This document shows positions 1 through 8,699 of a DNA stretch of 32,000 nt, piece after piece. Position 1 is the stretch's first letter, and the number at the start of each line of letters is the position of its first letter. Origin of the DNA: Opitutales bacterium (GTDB lineage: Bacteria; Verrucomicrobiota; Verrucomicrobiia; Opitutales; PNEW01); NCBI GenBank assembly GCA_965219535.1, contig CBDCNV010000002.1, forward strand, positions 2,250,001 to 2,282,000. Direction: 5' to 3'. The translations under genes were made by a program, and so were the position numbers. The notes beneath the pieces were generated by a model, which saw only the letters and a program-made list of their open reading frames with translations, did not search any database and was not told the DNA's origin.

Positions 1-645
1 GAAGTAGGAGAGGGTGTACGCAACCTTTCGAAAGCGGAATCGACAACTGAAGAAACCGTGGAAACAGATGACGGGAAAATGTGGCAGGTAATGGGGATGT
101 GGAAAAGAAGTGAGGATTTCCAGCAACTACTCTATCACAAACCGTTACTAGACATTGCTGAGAGTCTGATTGGTGGAAACATACAGTTATATCATGACCA
201 GGCACTTTATAAGCCGGCAAACAACGGCGGGCCTATTCCGTGGCATCAAGACAATGCCTATTGGCGTTGTCAGCCGGCAGGCCTGGTCAGTATCTGGATT
301 GCTCTTGACGATGCCGATGAAGAAAACGGTTGTATGAATGTCATCCCCGGCAGTCACGCGAGAGGTGCGTTGGAGCATTCGCGGGCTAAGACGGGCGATG
401 GGAATACATCAGCTATATTAATGACATCCCAGGTAGATGATAGCAAAGCAGTTCCCATACCTCTGACCGCGGGCCATGCCATGGTTCATCACTGTTTAAT
501 GTTCCATACCACGCGACCAAACTATTCCAACCGTGACCGGCGGGCAATGGTCATTCACTATATGCCAGTGGGCACCCGCAATGGTGAAGGGGAGTTGTTG
601 GAAGAGGAAGACTATCCGCTATTGAGAGGAAAGAACGTTAATTAG
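1..645 (+). CDS. PhyH-family Fe(II)/2OG dioxygenase, 5'-partial (enters from upstream of the window)
   Basis: Frame 1 is open from nt 1, and the track's GTG at 58 is internal. Motifs: PWHQDNAYW (HxD), IWIALDDADEENGCMNVIPGSH, and a distal His in MFHTTRPNYS. Stop TAG at 643-645. Confidence 0.8.
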   Translation, partial: EVGEGVRNLSKAESTTEETVETDDGKMWQVMGMWKRSEDFQQLLYHKPLLDIAESLIGGNIQLYHDQALYKPANNGGPIPWHQDNAYWRCQPAGLVSIWIALDDADEENGCMNVIPGSHARGALEHSRAKTGDGNTSAILMTSQVDDSKAVPIPLTAGHAMVHHCLMFHTTRPNYSNRDRRAMVIHYMPVGTRNGEGELLEEEDYPLLRGKNVN

Positions 646-887
646 ACAAGTAAGCAGGTCCTTCGGCGACGCTCAGGGCAGGCAGGTGTCGGGTGTCGGA
701 AGAGATAGTCGCTATCACGTTTATGATCAATCTGGATTCTGCAATTGATTCGGCCACCGCTTAGAGCTAATGGAGATATATGATGGACAATGAAAACGAC
801 GGTCAATAGACTGGATTGGAACTGGATGTTTATTTGAATTCCATGCACGCTTAATTTTACACGAAAGATAAAAATGGAAGATTGCCG

Positions 888-1658
888 ATGCTAACCAAAC
901 AGCAAGTTACATTTTTTAATACCTTTGGTTTTATCATCCTCAGAAAAGTGTTTTCGGAAAATGAACTCGCTATTATTAATGATGAGTTTAATCGAGGGGC
1001 TATAGATAAGCGGCAAATCCACCCGACGCTTACTAACTGGTCTAACCTTGGCACAGAAGCATCTTTCTTAAGCGAGTTGCCGGAAGATCCGCGAATATGT
1101 GTAACGGCAGAACAGTTATTTGGAGAAGACGCGGTAGCGATGTCATCGAACAGTAGCCGCCGCGTGGGCGACACACACTGGCATACTGATCGGCCTGACC
1201 CCCATTCTTACGGAATGAAATTTTCCGCTTATCTGCAGCCTATCGATGCCAGTAATGGCGCGCTTCGTGTCATACCGGGATCACACAAGAAACCCTATAT
1301 AGATAATCTGAAAAAAATGGAATTGAATACTCCGGATATAAGTGTGCCCGCGTATACCTGTGAGTCATATCCAGGAGACATTGTCCTTTTCAACTTAGCT
1401 ATATGGCATTCCAGTTGGGGTGGATCCTCTGACCGCCGCGTGTGTACCATGGACTTTTACAAAAATCCTAAAACACCTGAAGAAGAAGAGGCTATTTATG
1501 ATCAGGTGAAAATCGATAAAGAAGTTTACGCAAAACTCCGTACTAGCGGGACGAATTTCCATCCCCAATGGGTAGCCAATTCTAAAAACAGTTCCCGACG
1601 TCAGCGCTGGATCGATTGGTTGCGGAAATATGAGTATGTCGAATCGAATGCGACCTGA
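888..1658 (+). CDS. PhyH-family Fe(II)/2OG dioxygenase
   Basis: ATG at 888 with GGAAG about 8 nt upstream; the track's TTG at 882 is less likely. N-terminal LTKQQVTFFNTFGFIILRKVF, HWHTD (HxD), LRVIPGSHKKP, WHSSWGG. Confidence 0.8.
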   Translation: MLTKQQVTFFNTFGFIILRKVFSENELAIINDEFNRGAIDKRQIHPTLTNWSNLGTEASFLSELPEDPRICVTAEQLFGEDAVAMSSNSSRRVGDTHWHTDRPDPHSYGMKFSAYLQPIDASNGALRVIPGSHKKPYIDNLKKMELNTPDISVPAYTCESYPGDIVLFNLAIWHSSWGGSSDRRVCTMDFYKNPKTPEEEEAIYDQVKIDKEVYAKLRTSGTNFHPQWVANSKNSSRRQRWIDWLRKYEYVESNAT

Positions 1659-1731
1659 ATAGTTTTGACCAGCTTAGTGAAGGTATTTATCTTCGTCCTT
1701 TCTGATTCCCAATCTCAAGTTAACTAAAATT

Positions 1732-2583
1732 ATGATACAGGAAAATCACAGTCTTACAGAAAAGCAGATCCAACATTTTGAGACCTTTGGTTTTTTGGTC
1801 CGACGCCAAGTGTTTAGTCCAGAGGAAATTGAACGTATTGACGGAGAGTTCGAAAAACATTTAGTCGAAATGAAAGAGGAGTATGAGCAAAAGAAAGAAC
1901 GGCCCTGGCCTAATTGGTCAAATCTGATTCCGGAGACTCCTTATATTGCCAATCTATTGGAAGATCCACGTATCTGTGTGCCCACCGAACAATTGCTGGG
2001 AGAAGATACCGCCCCTGTGTATTCCAATGCCAACAGCATGAATAATAGTACAGGTTGGCATCCAGATATGATTCATCGACATATTCGCGGGCTTAAAAAT
2101 CTTATTTACCTGCAACCAACAGACGGTGATCATGGATCATTACGTCTCATTCCAGGATCCCATATGAATCCAATGTTCGATGAATTGATACGAGTTGGAT
2201 TGAAAATAACCGATGATAACGGACCGCAGTTTCTAAAAGATTCCGGCATGCGTGGTGAGGATATTCCCGCTTATATATTTTGTTCGCAACCTGGAGATGT
2301 GATCACTTTTAACCAGAACACATGGCATGCCGCGTTTAATTGTTTTGAAGATCGAAGGCTCTGTACTTTTGGTTTCTACAGCAACCCGAAGACGTCTCAA
2401 GAAGAAGAAGAACTCCATGCACTGGTGGAAAGATCGAGAGAGCATAAAAAAACTCTGACCATGAGTTCACAATCACAGTACCACCATCCGTGGTGGTTAT
2501 CCAACCCGGAAGGCAGTACGCGGCGAGCACGATGGATAGAATGGTTAGAGAATTGGGGCTTTATCGAAGCGATGAATAATTAA
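1732..2583 (+). CDS. PhyH-family Fe(II)/2OG dioxygenase (tandem paralog A)
   Basis: LTEKQIQHFETFGFLVRRQVF, GWHPD (HxD), LRLIPGSH, TWHAAFN. Clear paralog of 2958..3833, colinear over its full length. Confidence 0.85.
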   Translation: MIQENHSLTEKQIQHFETFGFLVRRQVFSPEEIERIDGEFEKHLVEMKEEYEQKKERPWPNWSNLIPETPYIANLLEDPRICVPTEQLLGEDTAPVYSNANSMNNSTGWHPDMIHRHIRGLKNLIYLQPTDGDHGSLRLIPGSHMNPMFDELIRVGLKITDDNGPQFLKDSGMRGEDIPAYIFCSQPGDVITFNQNTWHAAFNCFEDRRLCTFGFYSNPKTSQEEEELHALVERSREHKKTLTMSSQSQYHHPWWLSNPEGSTRRARWIEWLENWGFIEAMNN

Positions 2584-2585
2584 GT

Positions 2586-2693
2586 AAGGTGGAGCGGCTG
2601 CCAGCCAGCCATAGCCTTGGTGAAAGTTGGTCCCTACCGCGTTGGTAAATGTCGTAAGTAAAGAAGCGTGCTAGGGACAGCCCGCTCCACCTT
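2586..2693. repeat. Long imperfect hairpin repeat (AAGGTGGAGCGG ... CCGCTCCACCTT), copy A; possible terminator or REP-like element
   Basis: The 12-nt terminal arms are perfectly complementary (2586-2597 / 2682-2693). There is an inner stem GTCCCTA/TAGGGAC. It sits directly after the stop of 1732..2583, and a homologous copy lies at 3837..3945. Confidence 0.6.
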
Positions 2694-2770
2694 ATATATC
2701 ATAGTTAAGAAAACAATTTACATATTACAGCTGGACCGTGAATATTCATCTTAACTAGCGCAATAGCGCT

Positions 2771-2849
2771 CTTCAACTGTTCACCGTTCACTATCTTCTT
2801 CCCTGAGCACCGTGCCGGTAATAGCGCCGAAGCTGTTCGTGCAATTGGT
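2771..2849 (-). pseudogene. Eroded relic of the 3' end of an SSS transporter gene (minus orientation)
   Basis: 2771-2806 resembles the 3' flank and tail of the 11654 gene, including CTTCAACTGTTCACCGTTCACT. 2806-2842 matches 4292-4328 inside the 4123..6696 transporter with 2 mismatches. The minus-strand reading gives ..GAITGTVL then REEDSER*. Confidence 0.6.
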
Positions 2850-2886
2850 TGCGGAAATATGAGTATGTCGAATCGAATGCGACTTG
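2843..2886 (+). pseudogene. Duplicated 3' terminal fragment of the PhyH gene 888..1658
   Basis: 2843-2957 is near-identical to 1614-1731: TTGCGGAAATATGAGTATGTCGAATCGAATGCGAC(C/T)TGA plus the intergenic leader. There is no upstream ORF body. Confidence 0.7.
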
Positions 2887-2957
2887 AATGGTTTTGACCA
2901 GCTTAGTGAAGGTATTTATATTCGTACTCTCTGATTCCCACTCTCTGGTTAACTAAT

Positions 2958-3833
2958 ATGATGATTCAGGATAATCACAGTCTTACAGAAAAGCAGATCC
3001 AACATTTTGAGACCTTTGGTTTTCTGGTCCGTCGTCAAGTTTTTATCCCAAAGGAAATTGACAGGCTTAATGAGGAATTCGATAAGCATCTAGCCACCAT
3101 AAAAGATGATTTGGATAAAAAGAAAGATCTCAGGGGCTGGGACTGCCTGGGTAGTTGGGGCTGTAAATGGTCTAACTTGATTCCAGAGACACCTTATATG
3201 GCAAGTTTATTGGAAGATCCACGCATTTACGTATCCACAGAACAATTACTGGGAGAGGGCACCGTTCCTGTGCGTTCCAATGCCAACAGTTTTAGACAAA
3301 ATACTGCCTGGCACCAGGATTCGAGGCAGCGCCATTTGTGTATGCTCAAAAGTGTTGTCTATCTGCAACCCACAACCAGTGACCACGGATCATTGCGTCT
3401 AATACCAGGTTCGCATAAGAGTCCTTTATTCGATGAATTGCTACGCATAGGGTTGAATAGTTCCAATGATAGTGAGTCACAGTTTCTCAAAGATTCCGAA
3501 TTCCGCGGTGAAGATGTCCCCAGCTATATATTTTGTTCGCAACCGGGTGATGTCATTACTTTTAACCAGAACACATGGCACGCGGCTTTTGGTGGTTATG
3601 AAGACCGCAGGAACTGTTCCGTTTCCTTTTACAGCAATCCAACGACTGCTAAAGAAGAAGAGGATCTGCATGTTCTGGCGGAAGAAGCCAAAAGCATCAG
3701 TCCGGCAATGGATTTGCAAAATTCACCCTATTACCATCCGTGGTGGTTAGCCAATCCTGAAGGCAGCTCCAAGAGAGCGCGCTGGATAAAATGGTTGGAG
3801 AAGTGGGGCTTTATCGAAGCTTTAAGTAATTAA
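2958..3833 (+). CDS. PhyH-family Fe(II)/2OG dioxygenase (tandem paralog B)
   Basis: LTEKQIQHFETFGFLVRRQVF, AWHQD (HxD), LRLIPGSHKSP, TWHAAFGG. Its upstream leader is duplicated from 1659-1731. Confidence 0.85.
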   Translation: MMIQDNHSLTEKQIQHFETFGFLVRRQVFIPKEIDRLNEEFDKHLATIKDDLDKKKDLRGWDCLGSWGCKWSNLIPETPYMASLLEDPRIYVSTEQLLGEGTVPVRSNANSFRQNTAWHQDSRQRHLCMLKSVVYLQPTTSDHGSLRLIPGSHKSPLFDELLRIGLNSSNDSESQFLKDSEFRGEDVPSYIFCSQPGDVITFNQNTWHAAFGGYEDRRNCSVSFYSNPTTAKEEEDLHVLAEEAKSISPAMDLQNSPYYHPWWLANPEGSSKRARWIKWLEKWGFIEALSN

Positions 3834-3836
3834 ATA

Positions 3837-3945
3837 AAGTGGAGCGGATGTCTGTCAGCCATAGCCTTGACGAAGGTTGGTCCCCAAGCGCGTTATTGAT
3901 AATCAATGAATAAAGAAGCGTGCTTGGGACAGCCCGCTCCACCTT
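3837..3945. repeat. Long imperfect hairpin repeat, copy B (AAGTGGAGCGG ... CCGCTCCACCTT)
   Basis: Homologous to 2586..2693. The terminal arms are complementary. The inner stem reads GTCCCCAAG/CTTGGGAC, a change compensatory relative to copy A. Confidence 0.6.
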
Positions 3946-3970
3946 CTTATTAGAATAATAGTTTAAAAAT

Positions 3971-4052
3971 GGAGGGCCATGCTCCGTCATGGCCTCTATA
4001 ATTTATGGGCAGTCAATGGATATTCTGCGGACGCGACAGAGCGCGTCCCTCC
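3971..4052. repeat. REP-like composite palindromic element
   Basis: Two local hairpins, GGCCATG-CTCCGT-CATGGCC and GGACGCG-ACAGAG-CGCGTCC, are bracketed by inverted GGAGGGCC ... GTCCCTCC. It is intergenic, downstream of the convergent genes 2958..3833 and 4123..6696. Confidence 0.4.
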
Positions 4053-4122
4053 AGTCTAAACTCAACAACAATTAGAGTGGAATTCGGTATCCCTAGCACA
4101 CTTCTTTTCCTTTTGTCTTATT

Positions 4123-6696
4123 TCATTTCCCTTTCAAGCTGTGAACGGTCAACCCTTCGAATTTTGGTTTACCGGGAGTGATGAAACTCAAGGAGTAACC
4201 CAAAGTAATTCCCGCAGTCATTCCGACAATGGAATATAGGAAAAAATGAACCTCGGTATAATGTTTTAAAAAATACAATAGTATAACACTAAGCACCGTG
4301 CCGGTAATAGCGCCGGAGCTGTTCGTGCGATTGGTAAAGATGCCGAGCGCAAATACTCCCCCGATCGCTCCGCCAAACAGGTTTAAAGCAATAATAAAGA
4401 CATCCCACATCGAGGAGCTGTCCAGTTTTGCCATCCAGAGGGCGGCACCCGTTCCAAAAATTCCGAGCAATCCAGTCAGCCAGCGTGAGACGACAAGTAA
4501 ATGATGATCGGTAGAGGCCGGCCTGGACCGCTTGTAGAAATCAGTGACGATGACCGTTGCCGTGCTGTGCATGGAACTGTCGAGGCTGGACATCGCTGCG
4601 GCAAAAACCCCGGCAATAATGATACCACTGAGTCCGATGGGGATATTTTGAACAATAAATAAAGGGACGATGGCATCAGTAGGCAAAGTCGGGTTTAATT
4701 GTTGGGGATGTGTTTTATAATAGACGTAAAGAACAGTCCCCAGACCAAATGCGATAAAAGACCAGGGGATGGCAAAAAGGCAATCAAACCAAAGCGCTTT
4801 TTTCGCTTCTTTTGCATCCGCGGTCGTCATAATTCGCTGAACGATCGTTTGATCCGTGCATAAATTTAAAAGGCGGGTGATTATAGCATTCAGGAGGACA
4901 ACACATATTACTGCTTCCGTGTAATCCCATTTGAAAATAGCCATCGTCAGCTTGCGGTCTGTCATAGCAACTTCAAAAAAAGTCCCAACCCCGCCATCGA
5001 TGTCCGTTAGGACAAGCACGATACAAAGTATGGCACCCCCCATAAGAACAATGAGCTGAATAACATCCGTCCAGATGACGGCTTCCATGCCCCCCAACAC
5101 CGTATAGACGGTGGCGAATACACCCATTAGAAGGATGCAGGTGTATTTATCGATACCGGTTACCGCGGAGAGCGCGAGCGCTGGTAGAAAAAGAACGACG
5201 CTCATGCGCCCGAGGATTTGAAAGAGACAGAATATCCCGGCAATTATAAGACGAACAACGATATTAAACCTTGCTTCAAGGTACTCGTAAACGGAAGTAA
5301 ACTTTAATTTGTGATAAAAAGGAATGATCGTGCTGTTAATAAACGGAACGACGATAAACCAAACGACAACTGCGGTAAAATAGACCCAATTAGTGGCAAA
5401 AGCTTTCGCGGGAATAGCCATAAAACCAATGGAACTTACTCCCGTTGCTAACATACTTAACCCCGCTGCCCAGAAAGGAATGCGCTTCCCCGCCAGCAAA
5501 TAATCTTTCGTCGTTTTTTCTCGCTTGGAAAAATAAAATCCCATCCCCATTAATACGACCAGATACAATATAAGTAATGTGTAATCGAGGGGATGAAAAT
5601 ACCTTTTTATTATACTCTTGGTTCGAGCTAGATATATTTTGGAAGTCCGTATACCCGGCGATGTTTCTCCGCTCGCCAAAACGTAACCCTCTGCAAAGGG
5701 AACGATACCCGTATGCACTGCGCTCTGTGGAAGGTGTCCGAACTTTACCCAGGTGTCGGTAATCGTATGGTAGGCTAATATGTCATCAGCAAATCGAGAT
5801 TGGACCTTCGACAAACCAGTCCGGCCGATATTATGACCATCAGATCCGCCGAAAATCATGATATGCGACTGACCAATCGCAGCTGCCGGTGCCTGGAACG
5901 CGGGGCGAGGCATTGGCGCAATTTGCTTCCAACGATTAATTAAATCATCTTCTCGTGGATCATAAAAGTAGGCGTCATTGAGATAGACTTCATCATGTTT
6001 ACCGCTAAACAGATATAGACAGGGGTGATAGCCGCTGTTTTGGGTAATTAGTGTCGCTCCATAGCGTTCTAAACCGGGAAAGGATTGAAGCTCCTGCCAC
6101 AGCATCACCTCGCCCTCCTCGGATGGAATAAGATCCATGACCCAGAAATTATTGAGCGGGCCCTCCTCATTCATTCCTCCGGCAACATAGATCTTATTCC
6201 CAACGCGCGCAGCGGCTGCTCCATGACATTTGAGAGGAAGACCTGGTAATTCCACTCTTACAATTTCCTTACTCTCTTCATTCCAGTTTAAAATAAAAAC
6301 ATCTTCGAATTGGTTGTTTTCATCGCGTCCTCCGAGGCAGACAAGACCATTATCTGTTACCACCGAGGCTCCATCGGTGACAGGATGCGGTAAATTAAAA
6401 TTTGTATGCCAACGGTATTTTTCATCACCTGTTTTTTCTAAAACGTAAATTGAATCGTGATAGACAGTTTGTCCGTCTTGGCTATTGATTTGAGCTGTGC
6501 TCGAGCCCCCGGCAATAATCAACGCGCCATTGCTTGTTCCGATAAATGCTCCGGAAATGCCCGCTTCGTGTGGCAACTCCGGCAATTCTTCCCAGCTGAA
6601 TAAATCATCAGTAGAATTATTTTCACCGGATTCTGCCGCGAGGGAAGTAGAGACGGTAATTAATAGTGATAGAAATATAAATAATGTGTATCGCAT
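4123..6696 (-). CDS. Fusion protein: signal peptide + NanM-like Kelch beta-propeller (mutarotase/epimerase-like) + SSS-family Na+/solute symporter
   Basis: Preferred start is the ATG at 6696 (MRYTLFIFLSLLITVSTSLAAE, signal-peptide-like); the track ORF extends to 6825. The N-terminal ~390 aa has Kelch-type repeats (GGxx, IYVAGG, LYLFSG, IMIFGGSDG). The C-terminal ~470 aa has SSS signatures (GFYFSKREKTTKDYLLAGKRIP, VYTVLGGMEAVIWTDVIQ, AAAMSSLDS). Confidence 0.85.
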   Translation of the reverse strand: MRYTLFIFLSLLITVSTSLAAESGENNSTDDLFSWEELPELPHEAGISGAFIGTSNGALIIAGGSSTAQINSQDGQTVYHDSIYVLEKTGDEKYRWHTNFNLPHPVTDGASVVTDNGLVCLGGRDENNQFEDVFILNWNEESKEIVRVELPGLPLKCHGAAAARVGNKIYVAGGMNEEGPLNNFWVMDLIPSEEGEVMLWQELQSFPGLERYGATLITQNSGYHPCLYLFSGKHDEVYLNDAYFYDPREDDLINRWKQIAPMPRPAFQAPAAAIGQSHIMIFGGSDGHNIGRTGLSKVQSRFADDILAYHTITDTWVKFGHLPQSAVHTGIVPFAEGYVLASGETSPGIRTSKIYLARTKSIIKRYFHPLDYTLLILYLVVLMGMGFYFSKREKTTKDYLLAGKRIPFWAAGLSMLATGVSSIGFMAIPAKAFATNWVYFTAVVVWFIVVPFINSTIIPFYHKLKFTSVYEYLEARFNIVVRLIIAGIFCLFQILGRMSVVLFLPALALSAVTGIDKYTCILLMGVFATVYTVLGGMEAVIWTDVIQLIVLMGGAILCIVLVLTDIDGGVGTFFEVAMTDRKLTMAIFKWDYTEAVICVVLLNAIITRLLNLCTDQTIVQRIMTTADAKEAKKALWFDCLFAIPWSFIAFGLGTVLYVYYKTHPQQLNPTLPTDAIVPLFIVQNIPIGLSGIIIAGVFAAAMSSLDSSMHSTATVIVTDFYKRSRPASTDHHLLVVSRWLTGLLGIFGTGAALWMAKLDSSSMWDVFIIALNLFGGAIGGVFALGIFTNRTNSSGAITGTVLSVILLYFLKHYTEVHFFLYSIVGMTAGITLGYSLSFITPGKPKFEGLTVHSLKGK

Positions 6697-6873
6697 GCGA
6701 TAGGCGAGATATGATTGGATTGATAAATAGCAGGTAAAATAGGTCGAGCTAAAATATAATGAAGAGATAATGGTAAAGGGATAATGCGACAATGCGTGAA
6801 TGCGGAAGAGTGTTATAGCAGCCACGCGCTGTAACTTGACATCAAAGCCACTAATTTTGTATTAACCGGTATC

Positions 6874-7716
6874 ATGAAATATGTTACTCCCGATACCGAC
6901 TGGTCTAAACTGACTTTAGGGGAGAGGATCAAACATCTCGAAATCGAAGGTTACGTCGTAGTTCCAGATATTCTCAGTCCCGAGCATGTCAAAAAGCTCA
7001 AAGCTGAAACGATAAAACTTGAGACTAACCATACCGATTACAGTGAGAGACAACGTGTTTTAAAAGATAGAAATCTGGAATATAAAGGTGGGGTCTTTAC
7101 CGATCTAGTTGCCCATCCTCCAACTATCGCTTTCTTGAAAGAACTTTGTGGCGATGAGATCATCATGATGTCATACTCCTATTCACGTTCTGAACCGGGT
7201 CATCCGGGTATCAATTTTCATAGTGATGCCATGAGTTACGGATCGCATCATTTTGGTCACTCACTCAGCTGTCCGAAAATGCTGCGTGTACTCTACTACC
7301 TGGACGATCTTACACCGGAAGTTTCACCTTTCCGAATTATCCCACGCACGCATCTCAGTTTTCATAATCAAGCCAACCCTTACCTTCGTTACAAGGAACA
7401 CCCTGAGCAAGTTATGGTTACCTGTAAGGCAGGGTCTGCAGTTTTCTTTAATATGTATTGTTTTCACGGTAATTTCCCTAACGTTGGGGATAGACCACGA
7501 GAAGTGCTGTTAATAAGTTACCGTCCTTCGTGGGCAGGTCCGATAAATGAAATTGAGTCGAGAGACCCTGAAAAAGTAGCAACCCTGCCCCCAGAAATAC
7601 AAGCGTTAATGGGCGATTTGAATACCCGCATCTGGAAGCCGGATGCAGGTAACATTCACCCCGACATGCCCAGTGAAGCTACGGGAATCAATCCAAGTCG
7701 TTGGGATCGCGTCTAA
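6874..7716 (+). CDS. PhyH-family Fe(II)/2OG dioxygenase
   Basis: LEIEGYVVVPDILSPEHVKKLKAE, NFHSD (HxD), FRIIPRTH, CFHGNFPN. Divergent from the Kelch-SSS gene. Confidence 0.8.
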   Translation: MKYVTPDTDWSKLTLGERIKHLEIEGYVVVPDILSPEHVKKLKAETIKLETNHTDYSERQRVLKDRNLEYKGGVFTDLVAHPPTIAFLKELCGDEIIMMSYSYSRSEPGHPGINFHSDAMSYGSHHFGHSLSCPKMLRVLYYLDDLTPEVSPFRIIPRTHLSFHNQANPYLRYKEHPEQVMVTCKAGSAVFFNMYCFHGNFPNVGDRPREVLLISYRPSWAGPINEIESRDPEKVATLPPEIQALMGDLNTRIWKPDAGNIHPDMPSEATGINPSRWDRV

Positions 7717-8078
7717 TGTTTTTGCGGATTGTGCCCTACGATTGTCATAGTAGATCCTGATAACTGTTCACTAATCACTGCCTCCATATCAGCGTATTCA
7801 CGCATGCCCTCATTTATGTCTGGCCCTTTTGTTATTGCGAGATCCCCGTTAATGAGGGTGCTGCGATGTCAATCCGGCCTCGGCAAGCCCGACAGGATCG
7901 CCGTCCGCTGAACCGAAAACGCGCCATCTATCTTCGTGCTTGCGTTCTCAACCTCGTAATTCCACCTTCAATGCCGTGAAGAAACGCTTTCGGGATGGTC
8001 TCGCCGGGGATATGCACCCGAACCGCTCGAAAGGCGTTTTCTTATCAGATGCAAAATCTTATAAAGAAGGACGATAAA

Positions 8079-8486
8079 ATGATGAAATATATTCACACCC
8101 CGGAAGATTCAAAAGATATCGATACTAAATTAGGGGTCGCTATAGCCGGGCCTGATCAAGTCAAGATGGCCAAAGTTACACTCGGCGAGCTGGGTTTTAA
8201 TAATTTTCCCACGCAGCGCTTGATTATTGGCACTCATACCTGGCCTCCGGGTAGAAGTCACGGCTCTCACCATCATCCGAACTGGGAGCAGTGCTATTAC
8301 ATCATGGCAGGTCAAGCAGAGATCACTGTTGGGGATGAGAAACGGATCGTTGGACCAGGAAGCTCTGCGTATATGCCAGCGAATGTCGATCACAACATTA
8401 CGGCAGTCGGTGACGAGATGATGGTAGCATTCAATATCGGATGCGTCCTTGATGAAAATTATGAGGGAGAAAATATAGTGACATGA
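8079..8486 (+). CDS. Cupin-domain protein
   Basis: ATG at 8079 is preceded by AAGAAGG. Cupin motif 1 is GSHHHPNWEQCYYIMAG and motif 2 is GPGSSAYMPANVDHNITAVG. The track start at 7995 lies in a repeat-rich region and is less likely. Confidence 0.8.
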   Translation: MMKYIHTPEDSKDIDTKLGVAIAGPDQVKMAKVTLGELGFNNFPTQRLIIGTHTWPPGRSHGSHHHPNWEQCYYIMAGQAEITVGDEKRIVGPGSSAYMPANVDHNITAVGDEMMVAFNIGCVLDENYEGENIVT

Positions 8487-8699
8487 ACTGAGAGCATCCC
8501 GATTGCCGTCTATCTCAATTGCACTTTTCACACTTGCGGATAGTGCGGTCACTGCCCCCTGCAGGCTCAACCAATAATCACCTACGAGTTATTAAGAATA
8601 GTAGCCCGTGATGGCGAATTTCAGGACTTTTTCGGAACCTGGTAAAAGATGACAAGGAGATTGTCAGGTGTGAACGAATCACAAATCCTGACAACCTTT

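Noticed and set aside
642-881. Track ORFs 642..848 and 857..1174 (minus) in the first intergenic region
   Set aside because: There are no motifs. The region contains REP-like GC palindromic text (CTTCGGCGACGCTCAGGGCAGGCAGGTGTCGGGTGTCGG), and 857..1174 is antisense to the PhyH gene.
6697-6825. 43-codon N-terminal extension of the Kelch-SSS ORF in the track (start 6825)
   Set aside because: The extension (MAAITLFRIHALSHYPFTIISSLYFSS...) lacks signal-peptide character. The internal ATG at 6696 yields a typical signal peptide, matching the lipoprotein signal of the paralog.
7729-8040. ORF 7729..7911 and possible minus-strand fragments (MARFRFSGRRSCRACRGRIDIAAPSLTGISQ; NAFRAVRVHIPGETIPKAFLHGIEGGIT, faintly HigA/transposase-like)
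   Set aside because: The peptides look like translations of palindromic REP-type sequence (GTTATTGCGAG..., GGCCTCGGCAAGCCCGAC). The similarity to any family is too weak to call by eye. Left unannotated.
8130-8570. 146-aa minus-strand ORF overlapping the cupin gene
   Set aside because: It is an antisense shadow of a gene with clear cupin motifs and has no motif or RBS of its own. The same reasoning applies to other antisense or overlapping track ORFs, for example 187..378, 857..1174, 2233..2530, 3466..3750, 9979..10388, 10879..11335, 15686..16225, 17458..17775, 18184..18447, 20062..20849, 21821..22312, 22837..23528, 26740..27299, 27842..29007, 29976..30843 and 31128..31861.
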